DNA of 61,632 nucleotides from a virus (IMGVR_UViG_3300049783_001456:1-61632), one strand, 5' to 3'; positions 37,509 through 45,747 are shown, counted from the stretch's first letter. Made by a program: numbers and translations. Notes: generated by a model from the sequence alone, not told the origin.

Positions 37509-38221
37509 CCATCTGCGAGAAGTGGACCCTCTACTGCCCGGAACCAACCGAGGAAGGGCAGTGGTTCCTAGACTACGTGCTGCGTTCACCCAGAGATGCA
37601 GGCATTCACCTCACAGCAGGGTTGAACGCATACCAAGCGCTGTCCGAATTGGGTGTCAAACCTGATACAGCAATGGAGTACTTCGGCGGTATGGGTGCCC
37701 AGTCCGGGATGATCCAACACTTCTTCTCAGTACGTTCGCACCTGGTCCTCGACAACAGCGAGGAGGCAGTCAGGCACATCGAGTCGAACATGGAAGGGTA
37801 CGACGTCGTCGCTAGTTGCGAAGACAGCTACGACCCCGCCAGCTACCGGCCTGCCGACATCGTCGGGTTGGACTTCGGCGACCTCACCGTTTGGAAGACA
37901 CGGGAAGGAGAGAAGCATCGTGAGCTCCTCGACCGTGTCTTCGCCGGCAAGCCGAAAGGTGTTGTTCTGACAGACGTCGCCTGCCGGTATCTGCACCTGC
38001 ATCGGGAACGCTACGAAACGCTCCTCGGGGCTGGCACTTGTGCCGACTATCCAACGTATCTCGAGGCGCTCGCCGACCGGCTCGAGGAGATCTACGGATA
38101 CGTCATGGTGGCTGGGTTCCACCACCGTTGGTCTACCGTCATGGCGCTACGACCTGAAGGCGTGCGAGGCGAGTTCATCCCGACGCCGGAGTCGCCTGTC
38201 GGACTTGTGGTCACTCGATGA
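37499..38221 (+). CDS. Class I SAM-dependent transferase-like protein (putative methyltransferase)
   Basis: Motif I AMEYFGGMG, acidic end of beta2 (LVLDNS), EDSY, ADIVGLDF at beta4. Confidence 0.55.
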   Translation: MELTICEKWTLYCPEPTEEGQWFLDYVLRSPRDAGIHLTAGLNAYQALSELGVKPDTAMEYFGGMGAQSGMIQHFFSVRSHLVLDNSEEAVRHIESNMEGYDVVASCEDSYDPASYRPADIVGLDFGDLTVWKTREGEKHRELLDRVFAGKPKGVVLTDVACRYLHLHRERYETLLGAGTCADYPTYLEALADRLEEIYGYVMVAGFHHRWSTVMALRPEGVRGEFIPTPESPVGLVVTR

Positions 38222-39096
38222 AGACAAAGATCCACACAGAGCTCACGCCGGTAGAGTCCCGTGGTGGGCGTCTATGGAAACGTGAAGATGCACATCGCAA
38301 CGACTATGGGGTGAACGGTAGCAAGTACCGGGCATGTCGCCACCTACTGACCCAGGCCATCTTGGATGGGTACACACACGTCGTCACTGCCCAAGCCACA
38401 GCCAGCCCGCAGTCTTCGATCTGTGCTACGTTGTGTGAGGAGCTGGGTCTGGAATGCACTGTCGTTGTCGGAGCCAGTAAACCACACACCGCAATCAAGC
38501 ATCCGAACATCGCTATCGCTATGGCAGCAGGAGCCAACCTCGACACCGGTTGCCGAGTGGCCTACAACGGGACTCTTCAACCCTACGCTTCGAGGCTCGC
38601 TGAGGAGCTCGGAGCATATCAGCTGCCCTACGCCATCACCTACCCAACGAGCGGGACGAGAGAGGGACTCGAGGCCTTCCTCGCAGTAGGTGGAGCGCAG
38701 GTGGTGAACCTACCCGACAGCGTCGAACGTCTCGTCATCCCGTTCGGCTCAGCAAACACAGCTTGCGGGGTGCTCTACGGGTTGAACGAGAAACGACCAG
38801 CCAACCTCAAAGACATCTACTTGATGGAGATCGGACCGAGCCGAAGAGATTGGGCGATGGAGCGACTAGAGATAGTGGGTAAGGAGTTCGAGTTGACCAG
38901 CGTCAACACTCACTTCATCACGCTCCACGAGGTGTGGGCCAGCTACAGCGACCAGATGCCGGAGACGATGGAAGATATCGTGTTCCACCCATGGTACGAA
39001 GGGAAGATGATTCGGTGGCTCAATCTCGTTCAGCCTGATTGGTGGAACCTCCAAGACGAGACCACCTGCTTCTGGATCGTAGGTGGTCCATCGTGA
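38218..39096 (+). CDS. Fold-type II PLP-dependent enzyme
   Basis: LTPVE...WKREDA...NGSKYR PLP lysine; LVIPFGSANT; FHPWYEGK. Confidence 0.82.
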   Translation: MKTKIHTELTPVESRGGRLWKREDAHRNDYGVNGSKYRACRHLLTQAILDGYTHVVTAQATASPQSSICATLCEELGLECTVVVGASKPHTAIKHPNIAIAMAAGANLDTGCRVAYNGTLQPYASRLAEELGAYQLPYAITYPTSGTREGLEAFLAVGGAQVVNLPDSVERLVIPFGSANTACGVLYGLNEKRPANLKDIYLMEIGPSRRDWAMERLEIVGKEFELTSVNTHFITLHEVWASYSDQMPETMEDIVFHPWYEGKMIRWLNLVQPDWWNLQDETTCFWIVGGPS

Positions 39097-39272
39097 TCGA
39101 GTTCGAAGCCCAGTTCAAGAGCGACTGTGGCAACTGCGAGTTCCCGGTAGAGAAAGGTCAAGCTGCAACCTTTGAGGACAACGAAGCTGTACACATCAAG
39201 TGCCCCAAGGTTCGCCCAGCGTGCCCTGATTGCTGGCTGGTGCACGGCACGGCTCAGGAGTTCTGCGAATGA
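39093..39272 (+). CDS. Small Cys-rich zinc-binding protein
   Basis: CGNC...HIKC...CPDC...H; GTGA and ATGA overlaps on both sides. Confidence 0.55.
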   Translation: MIEFEAQFKSDCGNCEFPVEKGQAATFEDNEAVHIKCPKVRPACPDCWLVHGTAQEFCE

Positions 39273-40162
39273 GGACTGATGACTTCCTCGACTTCGTCGT
39301 CGAGCGCCACCGCATCTGGGAACAGAGGCAGGCAGGCACTGCCCAACCTTGGACCGAAGACCCTGTGCTCGCCAACCGCAAGTTCACCAACGTCTTCCGG
39401 GTGCTCGATCCAGGCACTCAGTTCCTCTTGAAGGACCTCTTTGAGCCCGACCTCAACCCTCGGGACACCTTGATGCGAGCGTTCCTCTACCGGCATACAG
39501 GCAAGGTAGAGACGTGGGAGCTGCTGGACCTCATGGTCGGCGAATATCCGACAGTCCCGATGCTCGAAGACGTCCGTAAGATCTGGCATGGGTACCGGGA
39601 CACGAAGGCACCGTTCTTCACGAATGCGTACCTCGTCTATCCGCAATCTTCCACACCCGGTACAGACAAGCTCGACTCGATCGTCGACTTGACAAAGCGG
39701 CTGTTCACTCCTGGTTCGCCAGACGACATCATGCCGGAATGGCTCTCTGCTCAGACCCAGAAGGAGCGGTTCAAGATCCTTCGCCGCAACAAGGGCGTCG
39801 GCGACTTCATGTCAATGCAGATACTGACTGACTGGGGCTACCAATGTGGCGAAGATCGGGAAGACGAATTCCTCGTGCCTGGCCCTGGCTCTATCAAGGG
39901 AGCGAAGGCTCTCGACCCCGACGCCAAGACCATGGAAGTGGTGCGGCGTGTCGTGAAAGAAGTTCGTGGGGTAGCTTCTTCACCTCGGTTGGGGTACCGT
40001 TCACCAAGTCTCATGGACATCGGCTCTAATCTCCTCTGCGAGTGGAGCAAGTACGTGAGGTTCAGAGGGCAATCGTTGCCCAAGACCAACTACATCCCGG
40101 CTCACCCAGGTCCGCAACCGGACCCAGTGCTGCCGAGCTATTACACAGAGGAACTGATATGA
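39269..40162 (+). CDS. 5-hmdU DNA kinase helical domain (aGPT-Pplase1 family)
   Basis: FLDFVVERHRIW...PWTEDPVLANRKFTNVFRVLD; GVGDFMSMQILTD; GPGSIKG; LCEWSKY. Confidence 0.82.
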   Translation: MRTDDFLDFVVERHRIWEQRQAGTAQPWTEDPVLANRKFTNVFRVLDPGTQFLLKDLFEPDLNPRDTLMRAFLYRHTGKVETWELLDLMVGEYPTVPMLEDVRKIWHGYRDTKAPFFTNAYLVYPQSSTPGTDKLDSIVDLTKRLFTPGSPDDIMPEWLSAQTQKERFKILRRNKGVGDFMSMQILTDWGYQCGEDREDEFLVPGPGSIKGAKALDPDAKTMEVVRRVVKEVRGVASSPRLGYRSPSLMDIGSNLLCEWSKYVRFRGQSLPKTNYIPAHPGPQPDPVLPSYYTEELI

Positions 40163-40410
40163 ACAAAGCGCAAGAGCTGGACCTGCTTATGGTAGACCCA
40201 CCGCCAGGGTCGCACCTCAAGATGAAATTGGTGTACCCAGGCAGCCCGAAGTCCTATGTCTACGTGGCCATCTCTCTAGGCACTCTTTGGTACCTCAGCG
40301 GTATCAGCGGGTCATTCCCGTCTTGGGCTTCCCTGGTTAACTGGATGCAAAACAAGAACGCCGAAGTAATTTCAATCCAAACCGCAACGTCCTGGGAGGA
40401 CCTACTGTAA
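40159..40410 (+). CDS. Hypothetical protein
   Basis: GAGGA RBS; ATGA overlap. Confidence 0.55.
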   Translation: MNKAQELDLLMVDPPPGSHLKMKLVYPGSPKSYVYVAISLGTLWYLSGISGSFPSWASLVNWMQNKNAEVISIQTATSWEDLL

Positions 40411-41822
40411 TGAACCACAACTACCAATTCAACAACGTCAACGACGCATTGCCTCGACTTATGGAGGCTCTGCTGGGAGACGGTGCGGAGTTCCCTTCTC
40501 GTGCCGGCAACACCAAAGAGTTGATGCACGTCGGTATCACCCTCCGGAAGCCTTGGCAGCGGGAGATCGCACTGCCTGGTCGCAAAGCCAACATCGCTGC
40601 GCAGATCATGGAGACCATGTGGGTGTTGTCGGGTCGCAACGACGTCGCAGGTCTCAGCCATTACCTGCCTCGAGCCATCGACTTCAGTGACGATGGCTTG
40701 GAGTGGCGGGCAGGCTACGGTCCTCGCCTGCGAAACTTCCACGGTGTTGACCAGCTTGCCTACCTCGTTGACACGATCGCTGACTCGCCTGGTTCACGGC
40801 AAGCGGTAGCGTCCATTTGGGACCCGACCGTCGACACTGAGCCCGGCAAAGACATCGCCTGCAACAACTGGATCTCGCTCAGTGCCAGGGACGGCAAGCT
40901 GGACGTTCACGTAGGTCTCCGCTCAAACGACGCCATGTGGGGTTGGAGCGGTATCAACGCTTTCGAATGGTCGGTACTACAGGAAGTAGTGGCACACATC
41001 GCAGGCCTGGAAATCGGATCACTCCACTTCTCCACAACCAGCTTCCACTTGTATGAGCAACACTGGGATAAGGCAAGTTCCCTCTCCAAGCTCAACGGCA
41101 ACTTCATGTACGGTGACTCCCCAAGGTTCAACCTGAGTGGGTACAACGTGCTGAGCCGTTTCGACGAGCTTGCCCAGGAGTGGTTCGCACTCGAAGAAGA
41201 CATCCGCTTCGGCCGGGAGATCGGCAACGCTGTCAACGACTTCCCCGAGCCGATGTTGCGGTCGTGGTTGCGGGTTCTTCAGTGGTACTGGTCAGGCGAG
41301 AGCATCTACCTGCAGCCTCTCCGACGATCAAACCTTTACCACGCTTGCCTGGAAGGTGTCAAGCCTGCCGGCAAGCACCAGGAAGAGCAGCTCGAGATCG
41401 TAGAACCCTACGACCGCATCGACGGTGAGTTCCTCGACTTCGTCAACCGACTGCACACCCAGAAGCACCTGGCATACGGTGACAGCTGGAAGCGTCGAGG
41501 CGAGTATATGATCCTCGCTAACATCGCCCGCAAGGTCGACCGCATCGAGAGCGGCAAGGACACTCCGGACGAGACCCAGGCCGACACCGCACAAGACCTG
41601 ATGGTCTACCTCGCCAAATACAAGTCTTGGCTCAGCGGTGGAGAAGGCAACCCAGACGAGGTCCGCCTCATCCTCCGGGGACAAGAGAGCCTCTACTTCT
41701 CTACGGTAGATATCGTGAGCTTGTTCGATAACCTAGAGAACGCTCACGGACCAGCCTTCAAGATGAGCGTGGTGGACAAACTACTGAGCCAAGCCTACAC
41801 CTTCGCCCTGTCGTTGTGGTGA
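40410..41822 (+). CDS. Thymidylate synthase-family enzyme (probable dUMP hydroxymethylase) fused to a nucleotide-modification-associated helical domain
   Basis: YGPRLR, SRQAV, catalytic DIACNN, RSNDAMWG..INA with Asn (uracil specificity), SFHLY; C-terminal KHLAYGDSWK...ARKVDRI...DTAQDLMVY. Confidence 0.82.
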   Translation: MNHNYQFNNVNDALPRLMEALLGDGAEFPSRAGNTKELMHVGITLRKPWQREIALPGRKANIAAQIMETMWVLSGRNDVAGLSHYLPRAIDFSDDGLEWRAGYGPRLRNFHGVDQLAYLVDTIADSPGSRQAVASIWDPTVDTEPGKDIACNNWISLSARDGKLDVHVGLRSNDAMWGWSGINAFEWSVLQEVVAHIAGLEIGSLHFSTTSFHLYEQHWDKASSLSKLNGNFMYGDSPRFNLSGYNVLSRFDELAQEWFALEEDIRFGREIGNAVNDFPEPMLRSWLRVLQWYWSGESIYLQPLRRSNLYHACLEGVKPAGKHQEEQLEIVEPYDRIDGEFLDFVNRLHTQKHLAYGDSWKRRGEYMILANIARKVDRIESGKDTPDETQADTAQDLMVYLAKYKSWLSGGEGNPDEVRLILRGQESLYFSTVDIVSLFDNLENAHGPAFKMSVVDKLLSQAYTFALSLW

Positions 41823-42331
41823 CCCGCTCCATCTACATCATCGGTGCGCCAGGCTCCGGCAAGTCGACGGCCATGGCCCAACTCCTCGAGGGTTGGGCCA
41901 TGGGTCCGTACACTCGTTGGCAGCGGGAGATCTATGGACACTATCTCGAGCACCCCGAGAGAGGACGAGGAGCGTACCTCGGTCACCTTCGCCCCGAGTT
42001 CCCCGGAACGGACGCTCTCTCCCTCTCAGCAGGTCCTCGAGCGGTTGAATGGCTCGACGCTCTCCCACTCCTTGGGCTTGATTGGGTTCTGGCCGAAGGT
42101 GCTCGCCTCGCTCACATGGGTTTCCTACTTGCTCTCAACGAAGCCACAGACCTGACAGTCGTGTATTTGGATGTGGACCCAGAGGTTGCTGCCCAGAGGC
42201 GAATCGACCGGGGTGGGAAACAGCTTTCTGAAAAGTTCTGCAAGACGATGACCACTAAGTCGGCCAACATCTACAAGGGTTGCAAGGAAGCAGGCATAAC
42301 TATCGTGAAGGATGTTCCTGCCTTGAGGTAG
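41816..42331 (+). CDS. P-loop nucleotide kinase (5hmU kinase-associated)
   Basis: IYIIGAPGSGKST, FPGTDALS, EGARL, RRIDRG. Confidence 0.8.
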   Translation: MVTRSIYIIGAPGSGKSTAMAQLLEGWAMGPYTRWQREIYGHYLEHPERGRGAYLGHLRPEFPGTDALSLSAGPRAVEWLDALPLLGLDWVLAEGARLAHMGFLLALNEATDLTVVYLDVDPEVAAQRRIDRGGKQLSEKFCKTMTTKSANIYKGCKEAGITIVKDVPALR

Positions 42332-42401
42332 CTTTCCAGGAACAGTTGGGGTAGTATGATTGTCACTGGCCACAAGGGCTAGCATCTACCAAGGAGCAAC
42401 C
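42314..42401 (+). promoter_or_regulatory. Divergent copy of the composite element
   Basis: GTTCCTG..GAGGTAGCTTTC..CAGGAAC, TAGTAT, N7, ACTGGCC-ACAAG-GGCTAG, AAGGAG. Confidence 0.7.
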
Positions 42402-42902
42402 ATGATCGCACTTAACGAAGCACCGGCCACTGCCAACCAGAAGAAGTACGCTCGTGACCTGCTTGCACAGCGAGTCGGCATCGAAGCTGCAGAAGAAGTC
42501 CGAATCATCTTGAACACCTGCCGGGAGCGTAACGCTCTGACCGCCAAGCTGCTTTCGGCCTGCATCACACAGCTGCTCAGCATCTCTCGCCGCACCTACG
42601 TGAAGCCCAACCCCCACCTCGATATGGAGGCAGGCGTCTACGTCCTTCCGAGTGGTTCGCTCGTCCGGGTCTACTTCGGCCAGAAGTCCGGCCAGCTGCT
42701 GGCCAAGGTCGCCATCGACGGTGAGCTCGTCTACAGCGGCACTGCCCGCAAGGTTCTTGCCGCTGGCAGCCGCAAGGCCACCGCCGACGAGATCGGTGCG
42801 TGGGGCCAGACCACCGGCACCTGCTTGATCTGCAGCCGCCACCTCAACGACCCCGAGAGCGTTGATCGTGGCATCGGCCCAGTCTGCTTCGCCAAGCTGT
42901 AA
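42402..42902 (+). CDS. DUF6011-like zinc-finger protein
   Basis: CLICSRHLNDPESVDRGIGPVC. Confidence 0.75.
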   Translation: MIALNEAPATANQKKYARDLLAQRVGIEAAEEVRIILNTCRERNALTAKLLSACITQLLSISRRTYVKPNPHLDMEAGVYVLPSGSLVRVYFGQKSGQLLAKVAIDGELVYSGTARKVLAAGSRKATADEIGAWGQTTGTCLICSRHLNDPESVDRGIGPVCFAKL

Positions 42903-42913
42903 CACCTGAAACC

Positions 42914-42956
42914 GGACGGCTTGGAGAAGCCTGGGGTTCGATTCCCCTACCGTCCA
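42914..42956 (+). ncRNA. Anticodon-less tRNA-like element 2
   Basis: GGACGG/CCGTCC stem plus A; T arm GGGG-TTCGATT-CCCC; short internal hairpin. Confidence 0.5.
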
Positions 42957-42990
42957 CGCAATATCAACCCACAACGCCAAGGAGCGTGTT

Positions 42991-43386
42991 ATGCCCAAGC
43001 AACCCACCAACATCCGGGATCTCCGTGAGTCAAAGAACCTGTCGCAAGACAAGGTTGCTGCAGCTGCCGGGGTCACGTACAACGTCTTCGTCCGGATCGA
43101 AGAATGCTCTGGAAAGACCACCCCGCAGGAAGTCTCCAACGTGATGACTGCCCTGAAAGAGATGGAACCAGGCACTCGAAAGCTGGCCGGTCGCCCGTTC
43201 AAGGACGCTGCCAAGGAAGCTGCTGTACGTGCCGCTCGTGAAACCGGGAGCTCGGTTTCTGAGGCGCTCGGTATCGAGCTCATCAAGCCTGCCCGGAAGA
43301 GGGCTCCCGCCAAGAAGGCTGCAGCCAAGAAGGATCCCGCAAACTCCATGGCTTCTGTTCTCTCAAAGGGACGTGCGAAGAAATGA
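42991..43386 (+). CDS. XRE-family HTH protein with a Lys/Ala-rich tail
   Basis: IRDLRESKNLSQDKVAAAAGVTYNVFVRIE. Confidence 0.8.
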   Translation: MPKQPTNIRDLRESKNLSQDKVAAAAGVTYNVFVRIEECSGKTTPQEVSNVMTALKEMEPGTRKLAGRPFKDAAKEAAVRAARETGSSVSEALGIELIKPARKRAPAKKAAAKKDPANSMASVLSKGRAKK

Positions 43387-43793
43387 ACCTGGGCAAGGTC
43401 AAGCGAACACGAGAAGTTCTTGAGCTCGTGTTCGCTGAGCGGGAATCCCAGGAAGCCCAGTACGGGGAAGAGAATATCGACCGTCCGTCGGGGACAGGGC
43501 CGAGCACTTGCTGGCTCGGACCCTACACGGGAGACTCAGCGGACCAGATCCAGCGGACCCTGCGAACCGATTACGAAGAGTTCGAAGACGAGACCGGTCG
43601 GGTCACCTGGGTCCACCTCATCCGGGAAGAGATCGCAGAAGCGTTTGAAGAAGACGACAACGCCCGCTTGGCATCTGAGATGATCCAAGTAGCTGCGCTC
43701 TGCGTGGCATTCGTAGAGACCTTGGATACACCCCTCAGGTCTCCTCTGGCAAGCGAAGAGCAACTTGCGAACCCCTTGCGCCAGACAACCTGA
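43383..43793 (+). CDS. MazG-like NTP pyrophosphohydrolase
   Basis: ERESQEAQYG...LIREEIAEAFE...EMIQVAAL. Confidence 0.65.
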   Translation: MNLGKVKRTREVLELVFAERESQEAQYGEENIDRPSGTGPSTCWLGPYTGDSADQIQRTLRTDYEEFEDETGRVTWVHLIREEIAEAFEEDDNARLASEMIQVAALCVAFVETLDTPLRSPLASEEQLANPLRQTT

Positions 43794-43798
43794 GGGGA

Positions 43799-43848
43799 GC
43801 ACGAGGCGGGTCAGAAGAGCGTGTCGGAACGCCTGACCCACCTCGTGC
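43799..43848. terminator. Hairpin between the convergent early and late transcription units
   Basis: GCACGAGG.GGGTCAG / CTGACCC.CCTCGTGC. Confidence 0.6.
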
Positions 43849-43851
43849 GAT

Positions 43852-44247
43852 CTATTCCAGCTGCGCGGCGACCAGCTGGAGGATCTGAGAGTCCACTGAT
43901 TGGGCCACCATATTCGCAGCCATCTCTGCGCCAGTTAAAGCGCCGTCAACGATCGGCGCGAACCCTGGCTGGCTGGGGTCGTGCGGCTGGAACATAACCA
44001 GCTGTCCGTCATGCTTCACGATGACCACCTCGCCGGTTGCTGGAATGTCGTTGCGCTTGTCAAGAACGTCGGCAGCAGACACCCCGTTGACCGGGGTGGT
44101 GCGGTCCCAGATTTCGTGCGTCCAGCGTGGCGTTTCGGCATCGGTGAGTGCGTCTGAGTCAATAGACTCGAATGCTGCCTGGATTTCTTCGTCTGTTGCT
44201 CTGGGGTGTGTGAATTGTATTGCGTTCTTTACGTCTTGAAGATTCAT
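43852..44247 (-). CDS. Hypothetical protein, last gene of the tail operon (possible fibre chaperone)
   Basis: GAGGAG RBS before ATG 44247. Confidence 0.6.
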   Translation of the reverse strand: MNLQDVKNAIQFTHPRATDEEIQAAFESIDSDALTDAETPRWTHEIWDRTTPVNGVSAADVLDKRNDIPATGEVVIVKHDGQLVMFQPHDPSQPGFAPIVDGALTGAEMAANMVAQSVDSQILQLVAAQLE

Positions 44248-44260
44248 AGTTTCTCCTCTT

Positions 44261-45211
44261 TTAGGTTGCGGCCAGATAGCCGAGCAGGACGGCACGGCCG
44301 GGTGTGGGTCTGTCGCCGCCTGGGTCGTATTGTTGAACATCACTCGAAACCGATCCGGCCACAATTCCTCCTGTTACTAAAACGGAGCCGTCATTTAACG
44401 TGCTCTGCTTGTGGTAGTAGCGGATGGCTGGAAGTACATCTTTAGATGTCCAAGTGTTAGTAGACAAATCATATTGTTGAACGTCAGCCGACGCCCCGTA
44501 GTCGACAAGTCCTCCTGTTACTAAAACTGTTCCGTCACCCAGCGTGCTCTGACCGTGGTAGTAGCGTTGTGCGGGTAAAGCTGCTTTAGATGTCCAAGTA
44601 TTAGTAGACAAATCGTACTGACGAACATCAGTATTAGCTGCTCCTCCTGTTACTAAAACGGTGCCGTCATTTAACGTGCTCTGGCCGTGCTGGCGCTGGG
44701 TGGCTGGCATTGCTGCTTTAGATGTCCAAGTGTTAGTTGACAAATCGTATTGTTGAACATCACTAGAAACCGATCCACCAACTTCACCGCCTGTAACTAG
44801 AACTGTTCCGTCATCCAGCGTGCTCTGACCGTGGTGGCGCCGGGTGGCTGGCATTGCTGCTTTAGATGTCCAAGTGTTAGTTGACAAATCGTACTGACGA
44901 ACATCAGCCGTAGTTGATCCTCCTGTTACTAAAACGGTGCCGTCATTTAACGTGCTCTGACCGTGGTGGTAGCGGGTGGCTGGCATTGCTGCTTTAGATG
45001 TCCAAGTGTTAGTTGACAAATCGTACTGACGAACATCACTCGAAACCGATCCACCAACTTCACCGCCTGTAACTAGAACTGTTCCGTCATCCAGCGTGCT
45101 CTGACCGTGGTAGCGCCGGGTGGATGGCATTGCTGCTTTAGATGTTACGGACTTGGCAACGAAAGCCGTTTCAGGGATCTGTGTAGCGAGTGCAAAAGCT
45201 AAAGCATCCAT
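44261..45211 (-). CDS. Six-repeat Kelch beta-propeller protein, probable receptor-binding protein
   Basis: Six repeats of MPxxRxxHGQSTLxDGTVLVTGG...DVxQYDLSTNTWTSK. Confidence 0.85.
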   Translation of the reverse strand: MDALAFALATQIPETAFVAKSVTSKAAMPSTRRYHGQSTLDDGTVLVTGGEVGGSVSSDVRQYDLSTNTWTSKAAMPATRYHHGQSTLNDGTVLVTGGSTTADVRQYDLSTNTWTSKAAMPATRRHHGQSTLDDGTVLVTGGEVGGSVSSDVQQYDLSTNTWTSKAAMPATQRQHGQSTLNDGTVLVTGGAANTDVRQYDLSTNTWTSKAALPAQRYYHGQSTLGDGTVLVTGGLVDYGASADVQQYDLSTNTWTSKDVLPAIRYYHKQSTLNDGSVLVTGGIVAGSVSSDVQQYDPGGDRPTPGRAVLLGYLAAT

Positions 45212-45747
45212 TAGCTCAACGTCCTTGTCCGGCCGGTGAGTAGTCCAGCGGTGTAGGTCAGTGCAGTTGTCATTGTTACGGTCCCTTCAGGAGTGACGAC
45301 TTCCTCAACCACGGTTGTAGGCAGGTCATCGGTGTACGTCAGCGTCGTTGTCTTCACCGTGGTGCTACCATCTTTCTCGACCACGCTCGTGAGTACACCT
45401 GCGGTATGTGTCATCGTGAGATTTCGCTCGTCGGTCGGTAATAGAAGCGCCTGGTGCTGCTGCACCGAGATATCCGAAGAGCCCTTCTGCATATACGGCG
45501 TGAAGTCTGCCACCGATACCCAGGCAGCTCCGTTGTAGCGCTCTAGCGCTGATGTGGTGCTGTTGTAGATAACTCGGCTGACCCACTCCTCCGCAGACGT
45601 TAGGGCATTCCGAGCGGTGGTAGTCATCGAGGCGATACCTGGGTTATCGTCTACCCACTGAGCGAGTGATTGAACGATGGTATCAAGCTCTGCGGCTGCG
45701 TCTGAACCCAGGGGGTACGGGACGCCTTTCGTGGTGGTGCTGGGCAT
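45211..45747 (-). CDS. Tail fibre or baseplate-distal protein
   Basis: TTTARNAL...VIYNSTTSALERYNGAAW fibre motif; follows the baseplate genes. Confidence 0.65.
   Translation of the reverse strand: MPSTTTKGVPYPLGSDAAAELDTIVQSLAQWVDDNPGIASMTTTARNALTSAEEWVSRVIYNSTTSALERYNGAAWVSVADFTPYMQKGSSDISVQQHQALLLPTDERNLTMTHTAGVLTSVVEKDGSTTVKTTTLTYTDDLPTTVVEEVVTPEGTVTMTTALTYTAGLLTGRTRTLS

Noticed and set aside
40410-41822. dCMP hydroxymethylase or 7-deazaguanine/2-aminoadenine pathway
   Set aside because: The specificity residue is Asn (dUMP type) and the neighbours are 5hmU-pathway genes; no QueC/D/E, FolE, DpdA or PurZ motifs were seen.
42991-43386. Lysogeny repressor
   Set aside because: No integrase, parAB or divergent cI/cro arrangement was recognised; it lies co-oriented at the end of the early/middle region.
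44261-45211. Diversity-generating retroelement target
   Set aside because: No reverse transcriptase in the window and no separate template repeat; the repeats are in-frame Kelch blades.
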